A stretch of 46,636 nucleotides of DNA from Steroidobacteraceae bacterium (GCA_035455565.1 DATIEU010000251.1:1-46636); one strand, 5' to 3'. Numbered from the stretch's first letter, positions 32,852-42,863 are shown. The notes: generated from the letters alone by a model not told the origin. Numbers and translations: made by a program.

Positions 32852-34093
32852 TCAGCGCCGCGCGCTGTCGGTGTCTGCGCGCGCCTGGAAGCGTCGTGCC
32901 TTGATCTTGGGCATCTCCGCGCGATGGCCGATCGCCAGCGCCAGCCCTTCGCGCAACACGATTGCGGCACGTTCCTTCTCACCCAGCTGATCGAGAAGTT
33001 GTCCTAGGATCTGGTAGGTCTCCGGATGGCGGCGGATCGCAAGACTGGTCTCGAGGTAGCTGCGTGCTTTGCCGTAGAGCTCGGCGCGGATCGAGAGTCG
33101 CGCGCAAGCGACCAGCAACACCGGATCCTCGCGGCGCGAACGCAACCACTTTTCGGCGATGCCCAAAGGCTCCAGCGGCTCTGGCAGTTCGAGCTCGCCG
33201 TAGGCGGCGGCCAGCGACTCGTTCCACTCGTGGTCGAGAAACTCCTGCAGCACTTCTTCGGCAACCGCGTGATTGCGGCACTTCATGGCACCGCGTGCGT
33301 AGGCGAGGACGATTTCCGGCCGGCGGGTCGCGGGCTTCGAGGCGTCGTGCCACGCGCGCTCGAGCCGCTCGGCATCGCCGCTTTCTGCGGCCACCCGCAG
33401 CATCTCCAGGTATGCCTGGTCCATGAGCTCGTCGACTGCAGCGGGACGAATGCGCCGTGCGCCACGCAACTTGGGTTCGAGCGCGCGCAGCTTCTCGAAC
33501 TGGCCGAGTTGCCGATACAGGCGTGCAAGCAACAGCAGGCCGCGCGGATTCTGCTGGCCGGAGGCATCGAGCTCCTGCAGGGTCGTGCGGGCCGCATCGA
33601 GCTGCTTGTGCTTGAGCTGGATCTCGGCCTGCGTGACCAGCACCGGCGCGACTTCCCCAGGTGCCGCTTCGCGCGCCATGCGCAGCCATCCGGCGCGTCG
33701 TTCATGGGCGCCCTGAAGGTCCGCGGCGCGCGCTGCGATCAGGTAGTTCACCACCGGCTGGGCGTTCTCGCGCGCACTGCGCGTGACCGTGATCTCGGCG
33801 GTCGGCCAATTACCCTCGGCCAGCTCGAGCACTCCACGAGCCAGATCGTTGCGAGCGCGTTGCTGGCGACGGGCGGCCTGCGCCTCGCGACGGAGCTTGC
33901 GCGCACGCAGCATTCGAATGAGCAGCCACAGGGCGAAGTAGGCGGCCAACACCAGCAAGACCAGGGTGATGACCGACATCTCGACCAGTACGCCGAGGAA
34001 ACTGATGGCGACGTACCCGGCATCGATGCGCAACGCCGAGGCGAGCAACGCTCCGGTGAGCAACGCCAGGATCACGTAGGCACTGCGCTTCAC
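32852..34093 (-). CDS. hemY: HemY-type protein (TPR, inner membrane; heme biosynthesis-associated)
   Basis: 413 aa with a GTG start overlapping the hemX stop (GTGA). It has two N-terminal TM helices and TPR-like repeats, in the conserved position after hemX. Confidence 0.85.
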   Translation of the reverse strand: MKRSAYVILALLTGALLASALRIDAGYVAISFLGVLVEMSVITLVLLVLAAYFALWLLIRMLRARKLRREAQAARRQQRARNDLARGVLELAEGNWPTAEITVTRSARENAQPVVNYLIAARAADLQGAHERRAGWLRMAREAAPGEVAPVLVTQAEIQLKHKQLDAARTTLQELDASGQQNPRGLLLLARLYRQLGQFEKLRALEPKLRGARRIRPAAVDELMDQAYLEMLRVAAESGDAERLERAWHDASKPATRRPEIVLAYARGAMKCRNHAVAEEVLQEFLDHEWNESLAAAYGELELPEPLEPLGIAEKWLRSRREDPVLLVACARLSIRAELYGKARSYLETSLAIRRHPETYQILGQLLDQLGEKERAAIVLREGLALAIGHRAEMPKIKARRFQARADTDSARR

Positions 34094-35175
34094 GAGCCAC
34101 CCGCCGGGCGTGGCGTGACGCGCTCGAGGAGCTGCAACGAGCGCGAAATGTCGGGCAAGGCCGGAGCGATATTCAGCTGCTCGAGCGCCTGCAGATCCTT
34201 TTGCAGGCTCGATACGCTCACGTCGCGCATGTCGAACATCTCTTCCAGCCAGCGTCGCGCCGCGCCTACGTTGGCGCGATAGTCGGCGGCATCGCCGCGC
34301 AGCGCCGCCATGCGAGCGCCGTACAGCAGCAGCTGCAGGTGATGGCGCCTCAGGCCTTGCTCCTCGAGCGAGACCAGCTCGACCGCATCCTCGCCGATGC
34401 GGCGGACGCTAACCATGCCTGTGAAGGAGTTCTTGACGACTTGCCAGGCACGGGCGAAGCCCGGAGTCGCATCCGACGCTGGCTCGTCTGGCCGATACTG
34501 TTCGGCAATCGATCCCAGCACTGGCAAGCGCGTGGCGAGCTCCTCGCCACTCGCCAGGCGGGCGACGATGCCCGTGATGTCGGGATGCGGAACTGCGCGC
34601 AGCATCTGGATTTCCTGCGCGAGCGTGCGACGCACGCCGTTCAATGCCGGGTCACGCAGCGATTGCAGGCGCGCGTCCGCAGCCACCAATGCGGCGAGCG
34701 CGGAGGCGTCGTCGCGCTCCAGCGCGAGGCGGCGATTGGCGATCTCCATGAGGTAACGCGCTTCGGCGACGACCCAAGCGCGTTCACCGGCTTCCGTTTT
34801 GGCCCGCACCTGCTCGAGCATCCTGGAGAGCTCGGCCACCTGCTGCGCCAGGGCGCTCATTTCATTGAGGCGTCCTTCGTCGGAGCGGTCGCGCTCCGCC
34901 AATGATTCAACTTGCGCGCGCAGTTGTGCCGAAGACTCGGCCAGCTTCTTCTGGTCGGCACGGATGGCATCGATGCCACCGCGCACTTCCGATTGCTGCC
35001 ACCAGCCGAGCGCCGCAAACAGCAGTGCGACCACAGCGAACAGCACAGCAAGCAGCGCGCGCACCGAAGCGCTTTCCACCTTGCGGCGATCGCCGGTACG
35101 ACGTTCGGCCTGGCGACGTTCGCTACCGACGGACCCTGAAGGCTCGCCGGAAGCAGGAGAAGACAGTTGATCCAT
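34090..35175 (-). CDS. hemX: HemX family protein (annotated in databases as putative uroporphyrinogen-III C-methyltransferase)
   Basis: 361 aa with a single TM (ALLAVLFAVVALLFAALGWW), a coiled-coil region and the conserved block ERAWVVAEARYLMEIANRRL. Confidence 0.8.
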   Translation of the reverse strand: MDQLSSPASGEPSGSVGSERRQAERRTGDRRKVESASVRALLAVLFAVVALLFAALGWWQQSEVRGGIDAIRADQKKLAESSAQLRAQVESLAERDRSDEGRLNEMSALAQQVAELSRMLEQVRAKTEAGERAWVVAEARYLMEIANRRLALERDDASALAALVAADARLQSLRDPALNGVRRTLAQEIQMLRAVPHPDITGIVARLASGEELATRLPVLGSIAEQYRPDEPASDATPGFARAWQVVKNSFTGMVSVRRIGEDAVELVSLEEQGLRRHHLQLLLYGARMAALRGDAADYRANVGAARRWLEEMFDMRDVSVSSLQKDLQALEQLNIAPALPDISRSLQLLERVTPRPAGGS

Positions 35176-35229
35176 CGCGAGCGGCTGAGCAGACGAGAGC
35201 GCTAGTATGCCGCTGCGCGCGTGCGATTG

Positions 35230-35961
35230 TCAGCCGCGAAAACGTCGCAGGACTTCCGTCGCTAGCCGGCGACTGACCGGCAACTCGCCGTCGTGTCCGC
35301 GCAACCGCACGGCATACTGGCCGTCAGCCGTGCGCTCGATCGAGGCAATGTGCCGGGCGGCGACCAGTGCGTTACGATGAATGCGCACGAAGTCCGGAGT
35401 GAACTCCTCTTCCAGGGAGCGCAGGGATTCCTCGATGAGCTCCTGGCCGCGGACGTGACACACCGTGACGTACTTCTGGTCCGCCAGAAAATAGAGCACT
35501 TCCTCAACCGGGATCAGGCGCAGCTCGCCGCGCAGCCGCACCGAAAGATGCGTGCGTCGCTGCGACGGGGTTGCATGCCGGGCGAGAGCGGTCAATTGCG
35601 GGCGGGTCAGCCGCGCCGCGCGCTGCAGCGTGTCGGCGAGCTTCTCCTTGCGCACCGGCTTGAGCAGGTAACCGACGGCCTGGGCATCGAAGGCGCGCAG
35701 AGCATACTCGTCGTACGCGGTGACGAAGATGACCGCTGGCGGCTCTTCCAGCCGACTGAGATGCTGTGCCGCCTCGACGCCATCCATGCCCGGCATGCGG
35801 ATGTCCAGCAGGACCACGTCAGGCGCCAGGCGGCTGACCAGCGAGATCGCCTCGGTGCCGTTGGTTGCCTCGCCGGCGCATTCGCAGCCATCGAGTTCCT
35901 CGATCAAGCGCTTGAGCCGGTCGCGCGCCGGCGGCTCGTCATCGACTATCAGTATTCTCAT
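35230..35961 (-). CDS. algR: LytTR-family two-component response regulator (AlgR-like)
   Basis: ORF 35230..36297 trimmed to ATG 35961 (MRILIVDDEPPARDRLKRL...LLDIRMPGMDG..., a receiver domain). The C-terminal LytTR domain reads VLYFLADQKYVTVCH...FVRIHRNALV. The start overlaps the kinase stop (ATGA). The symbol is based on synteny with hemXY as in Pseudomonas. Confidence 0.88.
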   Translation of the reverse strand: MRILIVDDEPPARDRLKRLIEELDGCECAGEATNGTEAISLVSRLAPDVVLLDIRMPGMDGVEAAQHLSRLEEPPAVIFVTAYDEYALRAFDAQAVGYLLKPVRKEKLADTLQRAARLTRPQLTALARHATPSQRRTHLSVRLRGELRLIPVEEVLYFLADQKYVTVCHVRGQELIEESLRSLEEEFTPDFVRIHRNALVAARHIASIERTADGQYAVRLRGHDGELPVSRRLATEVLRRFRG

Positions 35962-37046
35962 GCCGGCACGTCGAGCATCGGGAAAGTCAGTGTGACCTGG
36001 TATTCGGCGCCGGTGTTTGCCACCTCGACGCGCGCGCGGCCGGGATAGGCAAGCTCCAGGCGTTCGCGGATATTCTCCAGCGCGATGCGATTGCCGGTGC
36101 GCGCCGGCCCCGCTGTGGCGCCGGGCAGCGGGTTCGATACGCGCAACTCGATCACATCGCCCTTGAGTGCGCCGCTCACGATCACCGTGCCGCCTTCGGG
36201 CAGTGGTTCGATGCCGTGGTAGATGGCGTTTTCGAGGAGCGGCTGCACAACCAGGCTGGGTACGAGGGTTCCCATGGGCAGTGCCTCCAGTCGCCACGTG
36301 ACCTTGAGACGCTCACCGAGTCGCAACTCCTCGATCCGTTGATAGAGGCGCGCGACTTCGAGCTCTTCCTTCAACGGAATGCGTCCGCGCGTCTCCTTGA
36401 GATTGGCGCGGAAAAGATCTGCCAGGTCTTCAACCGCCTCCTCCGCCTGCGCCGGGTTGGAGCGTGTCAGCGCCGCGATTGTGTTCATGCTGTTGAAGAG
36501 GAAGTGCGGCCTGATGCGCGCCTGGAGCGCATCGATGCGCGATTTCGCCTTCATTTCCACGTTGCGACGCCACTCGTGCGCCACAAAGAAATAGCGCAAC
36601 GCCATTGCGCTCACGATGAAAGCAATAAAGAGGTTGCGCAGCAGGAAACTCGCATGATCGGCCGGAAAGAGCGTCGCCACGCCGCTCTCGAGACCTTCGA
36701 ACCAGATTCGGCCGAGCCAGAAAGTCACTTCCGAGATGATGAGCGTCACGGCGACCAGCAGCGCCAGCGAGATGAGCGAGGCACGAGCGACGTCGAGGCG
36801 CGCCAGCGCCGGGCGCGAGTAGCACAGGACGGTGGCGCTGCTCAGGCCGATCCACAGGATGAAGAGCGAGGTGCGCGCGAGATCGATCCAGAAGCCGTGC
36901 TGGAGCTCCTGGCGCGCGAGCGTCAGGACGATCGCAACCAGCTCCGAAATGAGCACGACCGCGAGCACCGTCTGGGTGGCGCAGAAATCCGGCAGGTAGA
37001 AGGCCGGTGGGGAGGGCGGAGCCGACTCGCTGGACTGGCTGTTCAT
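35958..37046 (-). CDS. algZ: LytS/AlgZ(FimS)-type sensor histidine kinase
   Basis: 362 aa with a multi-TM N-terminus. His_kinase motif IRPHFLFNSMNTIAAL. ATPase region LVVQPLLENAIYHGIE...GNRIALENIRERL. Confidence 0.85.
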   Translation of the reverse strand: MNSQSSESAPPSPPAFYLPDFCATQTVLAVVLISELVAIVLTLARQELQHGFWIDLARTSLFILWIGLSSATVLCYSRPALARLDVARASLISLALLVAVTLIISEVTFWLGRIWFEGLESGVATLFPADHASFLLRNLFIAFIVSAMALRYFFVAHEWRRNVEMKAKSRIDALQARIRPHFLFNSMNTIAALTRSNPAQAEEAVEDLADLFRANLKETRGRIPLKEELEVARLYQRIEELRLGERLKVTWRLEALPMGTLVPSLVVQPLLENAIYHGIEPLPEGGTVIVSGALKGDVIELRVSNPLPGATAGPARTGNRIALENIRERLELAYPGRARVEVANTGAEYQVTLTFPMLDVPA

Positions 37047-37049
37047 GGA

Positions 37050-37943
37050 TCAGGAGGTCGTGCCGCCCGCGACCGTCGCGCTCTCGAACATCGCCGCCTT
37101 GAGCCGAAACAGGCTGGAAATGTCCTCATCGCCGAAGCCCTGCTCGATGAGGCGTCGATAGTGCAGCAAGGTCATCTCGATGACGGGCAGCTGCACGCCG
37201 TGGCTCGCGGCCATGTCGTGACAGATGCGGAGGTCCTTCTCGTGCAGCCGCACGCGGAACCCCGCCGGAAAGGTGCCGCGCACCATGTTGGGCGCGCGAT
37301 TCACGAAGTACCAGCTCGACCCGGCGCCCTTACCCAACGTGTCGATGACTCTGTCGAGTGGCAACGCCTCGGCGCGCGCGAACGCCATGGCTTCCGCCAC
37401 AGCCTGGATGATGCCGGCACACATGATCTGATTGGTCGCCTTGGTGGCCTGGCCCGCGCCGCTTGGTCCGAGGTGCGCCACGGTCCGACCCATGGCACGC
37501 AGGAGCGGCGTCGCGCGTTCGAAGGCAGCAGGATCGCCGCCCACCATGATGGCAAGCGTTGCGTCGCGGGCGCCTTCGACACCGCCACTCACCGGGCAGT
37601 CGAGAAAATCGACGCCTTTCGCTTCGAGACGCCTGGCCGCGGTTCTCGCCGTAGTGGCGCTTACGGTCGAGCAGTCGACCACGATCGCGCCGCTCGGCAG
37701 CACCCGGGACAGGCGCTCGACGATTTCAAGCACGTCAGCGTCCGCGGAGACACAGATCACCACGCTGTCCGAGCGTGCTGCTAAATCCTCGATGTCGCGC
37801 GCCACCGGTGCGCCAGTCTCGGCCGCGAAAGCCTGGGCCTTGTCGGCGCCGCGGTTCCAGGCCGCTGACAGCAAACCATTCTTGTGGAGGTTGCGGGCCA
37901 TGTGCCGGCCCATGGCACCGAGCCCGATGAAGCCTGCGCGCAT
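37050..37943 (-). CDS. NAD(P)-dependent oxidoreductase of the 3-hydroxyisobutyrate dehydrogenase family
   Basis: 297 aa with the Rossmann motif MRAGFIGLGAMGRHMARNL and the family motif DCPVSGGVEGA. It ends 3 nt before the algZ-like start. Confidence 0.88.
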   Translation of the reverse strand: MRAGFIGLGAMGRHMARNLHKNGLLSAAWNRGADKAQAFAAETGAPVARDIEDLAARSDSVVICVSADADVLEIVERLSRVLPSGAIVVDCSTVSATTARTAARRLEAKGVDFLDCPVSGGVEGARDATLAIMVGGDPAAFERATPLLRAMGRTVAHLGPSGAGQATKATNQIMCAGIIQAVAEAMAFARAEALPLDRVIDTLGKGAGSSWYFVNRAPNMVRGTFPAGFRVRLHEKDLRICHDMAASHGVQLPVIEMTLLHYRRLIEQGFGDEDISSLFRLKAAMFESATVAGGTTS

Positions 37944-38052
37944 GGTGGTCGCTCCGGTGCCTTCAGAGGGTCTGTGATGCGCGCGACGCCATGGAGGCGC
38001 GCGCGGGCGGCGGACACTCTAGCAGGACGGACGGCTTGGGGGGTGAGAGCGA

Positions 38053-38511
38053 TCAGCTCGGACCGCAGACCTCATCCATCGCCTTGCGCGCATTCATGCG
38101 CGCTTCGTCGATTTCGGCCGAGGTCAGGTACTGACGCTCGCCGTCCTTGCCGACGCGATAGAGCTTCTGCGATTCGATGGCGACGCGATACGCTTCCTTC
38201 GCGTCCTTGCATTGAGTCTCGCGCGTCTTGGCGAGGTCCTTCTGCACGGCCTGGCTCGTCGCCTGCTCGCGCTGCTGCTCAGTTGCCTGCGCATTTGCCT
38301 GCTGCTGGCGCGCACTTTCGGCGCTGGTGCGCTCGGCAACGGCTTGCGGGTTCGAACGGCGCGAGGCCACGGCCATCCGTTCGGCCGTATCCGCATCCGG
38401 GCGGTCGCTGTAATGCACGCGACCCTGGGGATCGACCCACTTGTAGACATCGGCTGATGCGCCGAATGACAAGGCCATCAGACCCAGTACCGCAGCAACT
38501 CGCATCACCAT
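38053..38511 (-). CDS. DUF4124 domain protein, secreted
   Basis: ORF 38053..38667 trimmed to ATG 38511 (38517 and 38505 are alternatives). GGGAGG lies just upstream. Signal peptide MVMRVAAVLGLMALSFGASA, followed by the DUF4124 hallmark DVYKWVDPQGRVHYSDRP. Confidence 0.7.
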   Translation of the reverse strand: MVMRVAAVLGLMALSFGASADVYKWVDPQGRVHYSDRPDADTAERMAVASRRSNPQAVAERTSAESARQQQANAQATEQQREQATSQAVQKDLAKTRETQCKDAKEAYRVAIESQKLYRVGKDGERQYLTSAEIDEARMNARKAMDEVCGPS

Positions 38512-38548
38512 GCTCATCCTCCCAACCGCACGGCGCGCACTGCGATGT

Positions 38549-38920
<372 letters not shown>

Positions 38921-39002
38921 TTAACAGAATGCTTCCAGCAGCCCGGAACGCCCCGGGAAACGTGCGGGATCGCACTAATTGCCCGCAAATCCAGGCGAAT
39001 CT

Positions 39003-40451
39003 TCAGGTGTAGGCACGCTCGCCGTGCTCGTTGGTGTCGAGCCCTTCGCGCTCCACTTCTTCCGTTACGCGCAGGCCGACGAGGAGCTTGACGATCCAGA
39101 AGGCGGCGAGTGCCACCACAGCCGTCCACACGATCACGAGTCCCACAGCCTTGGCCTGTATGAGGAGTTGTGCCCCGATGCCGGGATAACCCATGGACAC
39201 CGTCACCCAGTCGGTGACGAGACCGGGGCCGCCGAGCGCGGGTGAGTTGAAGACGCCCGTGAGCAATGCGCCGAGAATGCCGCCGACGGCATGCACACCG
39301 AAGACATCGAGCGAGTCGTCGGCCCTGATCAGCCGCTTGAGACCGGTAACGCCCCACAGGCAGACGATGCCGGCCGCCAGTCCGATCACGAACGCACCGG
39401 GGATCCCGACATTACCGGCGGCCGGCGTTATGGCCACGAGTCCCGCGACGGCACCCGACGCAGCGCCGAGCATCGAGGGCTTGCCCTTGATGATCCACTC
39501 CGCGAACGTCCACGCCAGCACGGCACAAGCGGTGGCCAGATAGGTGTTGATGAAGGCCAGCGAGGCGAATGCGTTGGCCTCGAGCGCCGAGCCCGCGTTG
39601 AAGCCGAACCACCCAAACCACAGCAACGCCGCGCCGACCATGGTCAGCGTCAGGTTGTGCGGGGTCATGGCTTCGCGGCCGAAACCGATGCGCTTGCCGA
39701 GCACCACGGCGCCCACCAGGCCCGCGACGCCCGCGTTGATGTGCACCACAGTGCCGCCCGCGAAGTCGAGCGCGCCCCACCCCCAGATCAGACCAGCGGT
39801 CGCATTGGCAGCGCCGGCCGCTTCGGGAGACGAATAGGCATCCGGTCCCGCCCAGAACCACACCATGTGCGCCACCGGGCAGTAGGAGAAGGTGAACCAG
39901 ATGATGATGAAGAGGAGCGAGGCTGAGAACTTGATGCGCTCCACCAGCGATCCGAGGATCAGGCAGCAAGTGATCGCAGCAAAGGTCGCCTGGAAGGCGA
40001 CAAACACCAGCTCGTACATCGGCGTGCCCTTGCTGAAGGTCGCTCCCAGCGAGAAGGCACCCGTCGCCGCATCGAACGTGCCGTTGAGGAACAGGCGATC
40101 CAGGCTTCCGAAGAACGCGTTACCGGTCGTGAACGCCAACGAGTAGCCGTACACACACCACAACACGCTGATGAGCGAGAAGCCCACGAATACCTGCATC
40201 AGCACCGAGAGCATGTTCTTGCTGCGGACCATGCCGCCGTAAAAGATCGCCAGCGCTGGCACCGACATGAGCAGTACGAAGGCCGTGGACGTGAGCATCC
40301 ATGCCGTATCGCCCTTGTCGGGCACTGGCGGTGGCGCGTCCTGCGCGAATCCCAGCGCGGGAAGTAGCAGCGTTGCGAGGGCAAGCAATAGCGCGTGCCC
40401 CAGTGCCGGTGTCAGAGAAACCCCATTCGCAGTTTTGGATTCGTTATGCAC
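39003..40451 (-). CDS. amtB: Ammonium transporter AmtB
   Basis: 482 aa with a GTG start preceded by GAGGAG. Signal peptide followed by 11 TM-like segments. Amt signatures include GALDFAGGTVVHINAG and DSLDVFGVHAVGGILG. Confidence 0.95.
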   Translation of the reverse strand: MHNESKTANGVSLTPALGHALLLALATLLLPALGFAQDAPPPVPDKGDTAWMLTSTAFVLLMSVPALAIFYGGMVRSKNMLSVLMQVFVGFSLISVLWCVYGYSLAFTTGNAFFGSLDRLFLNGTFDAATGAFSLGATFSKGTPMYELVFVAFQATFAAITCCLILGSLVERIKFSASLLFIIIWFTFSYCPVAHMVWFWAGPDAYSSPEAAGAANATAGLIWGWGALDFAGGTVVHINAGVAGLVGAVVLGKRIGFGREAMTPHNLTLTMVGAALLWFGWFGFNAGSALEANAFASLAFINTYLATACAVLAWTFAEWIIKGKPSMLGAASGAVAGLVAITPAAGNVGIPGAFVIGLAAGIVCLWGVTGLKRLIRADDSLDVFGVHAVGGILGALLTGVFNSPALGGPGLVTDWVTVSMGYPGIGAQLLIQAKAVGLVIVWTAVVALAAFWIVKLLVGLRVTEEVEREGLDTNEHGERAYT

Positions 40452-40481
40452 GTTGGCTCCTCACTGAAAGTCGCTCCCCAA

Positions 40482-40817
40482 TCAGATCGCGGCCGCGCCC
40501 ATCTCGCCGGTCCGGATGCGGATCACGTCGGCGAGCTCGAGCACGAAAATCTTGCCGTCCCCGTACTGCCCGGTGCGGGCCACGTTGCCGATCGCCTCGA
40601 CCACGGGTTCCACGATCGCGTCGTCCACCGCGACTTCGATTCGGGTGCGCGGGGCCGAGTCGAAGGCGTACTCAGCGCCACGGTAGTGCTCGCGCTGAAC
40701 GGGCTGGCCGAAACCCAGCACCTCCGTCACCGTGAGCCCCTGCAAGCCGAGATCTGCGACCGCGCGGCGCACCTCGTCGAGCTTGAACGGCCGGATGATC
40801 GCCGTGACCAGCTTCAT
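40482..40817 (-). CDS. P-II family signal protein with a divergent T-loop (second paralogue, upstream of amtB)
   Basis: ORF 40482..40874 trimmed to ATG 40817: MKLVTAIIRPFKLDEVRRAVADLGLQGLTVTEVLGFGQPVQREHYRGAEYAFDSAPRTRIEV...GDGKIFV, 111 aa. The P-II fold motifs are intact, but the T-loop differs from consensus (see finding). Confidence 0.85.
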   Translation of the reverse strand: MKLVTAIIRPFKLDEVRRAVADLGLQGLTVTEVLGFGQPVQREHYRGAEYAFDSAPRTRIEVAVDDAIVEPVVEAIGNVARTGQYGDGKIFVLELADVIRIRTGEMGAAAI

Positions 40818-40857
40818 GGCAGCTCTCGAACGGGACGACTTGCACGCGTGGGCAAAA

Positions 40858-40873
40858 TGCAGCTTCCATGCCA
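40858..40873 (-). promoter_or_regulatory. Sigma54 (-24/-12) promoter upstream of the PII-amtB-glnK operon
   Basis: The minus strand reads TGGCATGGAAGCTGCA, with GG-N10-GC spacing (consensus TGGCAC-N5-TTGCA). It lies about 40 nt upstream of the ATG at 40817. glnK-amtB operons are classically NtrC/sigma54 dependent. Confidence 0.6.
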
Positions 40874-40933
40874 CGGGCGCTGCCGCGTGGAATCAGTCAG
40901 TTAGGAGGTGGAGGAGATCGTCGCGACGGCGCA

Positions 40934-40950
40934 CGCACCGTTTTGGCGCG
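40934..40950. promoter_or_regulatory. Candidate NtrC-type enhancer site
   Basis: cGCACCGTTTTGGCGCg resembles TGCACC-N5-GGTGCA. It is embedded in a larger dyad (CGCACGC at 40930-40936 and GCGTGCG at 40948-40954), about 70-90 bp upstream of the sigma54 element. Confidence 0.35.
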
Positions 40951-41046
40951 TGCGGCATATCTGCGTGCATGGATCGGGAGCGCACTCTTGACGCACTTCC
41001 CCGGCGCTTCGATGCTGCTCCTCGAATCCCTCACATCAGGACCGCC

Positions 41047-41307
41047 ATGGATCCCAAAGTCATCGATGAGCTTGCACGGCGCCTCGCCGCGGCAGTGCCC
41101 GAAAGCGTCTCCGCGCTGGGGCGCGATCTCGAGCAGAACTTCAAGTCCGTCCTGCAGGCCGGGCTCGCCAAGCTCGATCTCGTGACGCGCTCGGAGTTCG
41201 ACGTCCAGGCCGGTGTGCTGAGGCGCACCCGGGAAATGCTGGAAGCCATGGACAAGCGCCTCCATGAGCTGGAAGCGGAGCTCGCGAAGAAGACCAAGAG
41301 ACGTTGA
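41047..41307 (+). CDS. ubiK: Ubiquinone biosynthesis accessory factor UbiK (YqiC/BMFP family)
   Basis: In-frame part of ORF 40732..41307 from ATG 41047: MDPKVIDELARRLAAAVPESVSALGRDLEQNFKSVLQAGLAKLDLVTRSEFDVQAGVLRRTREMLEAMDKRLHELE. This is a typical coiled-coil UbiK. Confidence 0.8.
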   Translation: MDPKVIDELARRLAAAVPESVSALGRDLEQNFKSVLQAGLAKLDLVTRSEFDVQAGVLRRTREMLEAMDKRLHELEAELAKKTKRR

Positions 41308-41332
41308 CGATCTCGGCCAGGGAGGGCGGTCA

Positions 41333-42841
41333 GTGCTCGCCACGGTGCTCAGCCGGGCGCAGTTCGGCATGGAAGCTCCACAGGTGTGCGTCGAAGTCCA
41401 CGTCGGCGCGGGGCTGCCGGTCTTTTCCATCGTGGGTCTTCCTGAAGCGGTGGTGAAGGAAAGCAAGGAGCGTGTCCGCTCCGCGCTTGCGACCGCACGT
41501 TTCGAATTCCCCGCCGGTCGAATCGTCGTCAACCTGGCGCCAGCCGACCTGCCCAAGGAAGGCGGCCGGTTCGATCTGCCGATCGCACTGGGCGTGCTCG
41601 CTGCCTCCGAGCAACTGCCACGCGAGGCATTTGCCGGCTGCGAGTTCTACGGCGAGCTCTCATTGAGCGGGGAACTGCGCGCCGTGCGCCGCCTGTTGCC
41701 GGCCGTCTGCGAGGCGAGCGCCGCCCGGCATCGCGTGGTGCTGCCGGCGGCAAACCTGGCGGAAGCCTCGCTCGTCCGCGGCGTCGAGGTCGCGGCCACA
41801 GCACATCTGCTCGAGGTATGCGCTCACGTGACTGGTACGACGCCGCTCGTCTTTGGTAGCGGGGCGTCGCGCGGGCGTGCGGACATCAACTATCCGGATC
41901 TCGGCGAAGTGCGCGGCCAGGTCCACGCCAAGCGGGCACTCGAGATTGCGGCGGCGGGCGCTCACAGCCTGCTGATGATCGGGCCACCCGGTTCGGGCAA
42001 GAGCATGCTGGCCCACCGCCTGCCCGGAATTCTCCCGCCGATGACCGAACGCGAGGCGCTCGAGACCGCAACTGTGGCATCGATCAGCGCGCAGGGGTTT
42101 CGTCTGCAGGATTGGGCACGGCGACCGTTCCGGGCACCCCACCACACGGCCTCCGGAATCGCGCTGGTCGGCGGCGGCTCGCATCCGCGTCCCGGGGAGA
42201 TTTCGCTCGCTCACAACGGCGTCCTCTTTCTCGACGAGCTGCCCGAGTTTCCACGCCACGTCCTCGAAGTGCTGCGGGAGCCGCTGGAGAGCGGCACGAT
42301 CACGATCTCGCGGGCCGCACGCCAGGCCGATTTTCCCGCGCGCTTCCAGTTCGTCGCCGCCATGAATCCTTGCCCGTGCGGTTACCTCGGTGACGCGCGA
42401 GGGCGGTGCCACTGCACGCCAGCCCAGGTCGAGCTCTACCGCGCGCGGATCTCGGGGCCGTTGCTCGATCGCATCGATCTGCACGTGGAGGTAGCGCGTG
42501 TCGATTCAACACAATTCGTGCTGAGTTCCGCCGCAGAGAGCAGTGTCACGGTGGCCGAGCGGGTCGCAACTGCCCGGGCCACGCAGATGGAGCGCTGCGC
42601 CCGGCCGAACGCTTTTCTCAGTGACAAGGACATCGAGGGAGTGTGTCGGGTTGAGCGGACTGCGGCTGCAATGCTCGTGCGGGCGCTGGAGCAGCTCGGC
42701 CTTTCGGCGCGCGCCTATCACCGGATTCTCAAGGTCGCGCGCACTATTGCGGATCTCGACGGGCGCACGTCGATCGCCGCGCCTCATGTCGGCGAAGCGA
42801 TTCAGTTCAAGCGATTTCAGGCGATGCAGCGCGTGGCGTGA
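41333..42841 (+). CDS. comM: YifB/ComM family Mg-chelatase-like AAA+ ATPase
   Basis: ORF 41264..42841 trimmed to GTG 41333 (GGAGGG lies 6 nt upstream): LATVLSRAQFGMEAPQVCVEVHVGAGLPVFSIVGLPE. Walker A GPPGSGKSM. Walker B GVLFLDELPEF. Zinc motif CPCGY...CHC. Confidence 0.9.
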   Translation: MLATVLSRAQFGMEAPQVCVEVHVGAGLPVFSIVGLPEAVVKESKERVRSALATARFEFPAGRIVVNLAPADLPKEGGRFDLPIALGVLAASEQLPREAFAGCEFYGELSLSGELRAVRRLLPAVCEASAARHRVVLPAANLAEASLVRGVEVAATAHLLEVCAHVTGTTPLVFGSGASRGRADINYPDLGEVRGQVHAKRALEIAAAGAHSLLMIGPPGSGKSMLAHRLPGILPPMTEREALETATVASISAQGFRLQDWARRPFRAPHHTASGIALVGGGSHPRPGEISLAHNGVLFLDELPEFPRHVLEVLREPLESGTITISRAARQADFPARFQFVAAMNPCPCGYLGDARGRCHCTPAQVELYRARISGPLLDRIDLHVEVARVDSTQFVLSSAAESSVTVAERVATARATQMERCARPNAFLSDKDIEGVCRVERTAAAMLVRALEQLGLSARAYHRILKVARTIADLDGRTSIAAPHVGEAIQFKRFQAMQRVA

Positions 42842-42863
42842 GGCGTTACGTGAGGCGTTGCGT

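Noticed and set aside
36216-37784. 522-aa plus-strand ORF across the algZ-like and HIBADH-like genes
   Set aside because: Antisense shadow. The minus-strand frames carry the His_kinase and Rossmann motifs and are linked by short gaps or overlaps.
42842-42863. Tandem 12-mer TGAGGCGTTACG / TGAGGCGTTGCG between the convergent comM and cytochrome c5 genes
   Set aside because: Only two short copies in a 22-nt gap that includes the comM stop. There is no hairpin and no evidence of function.
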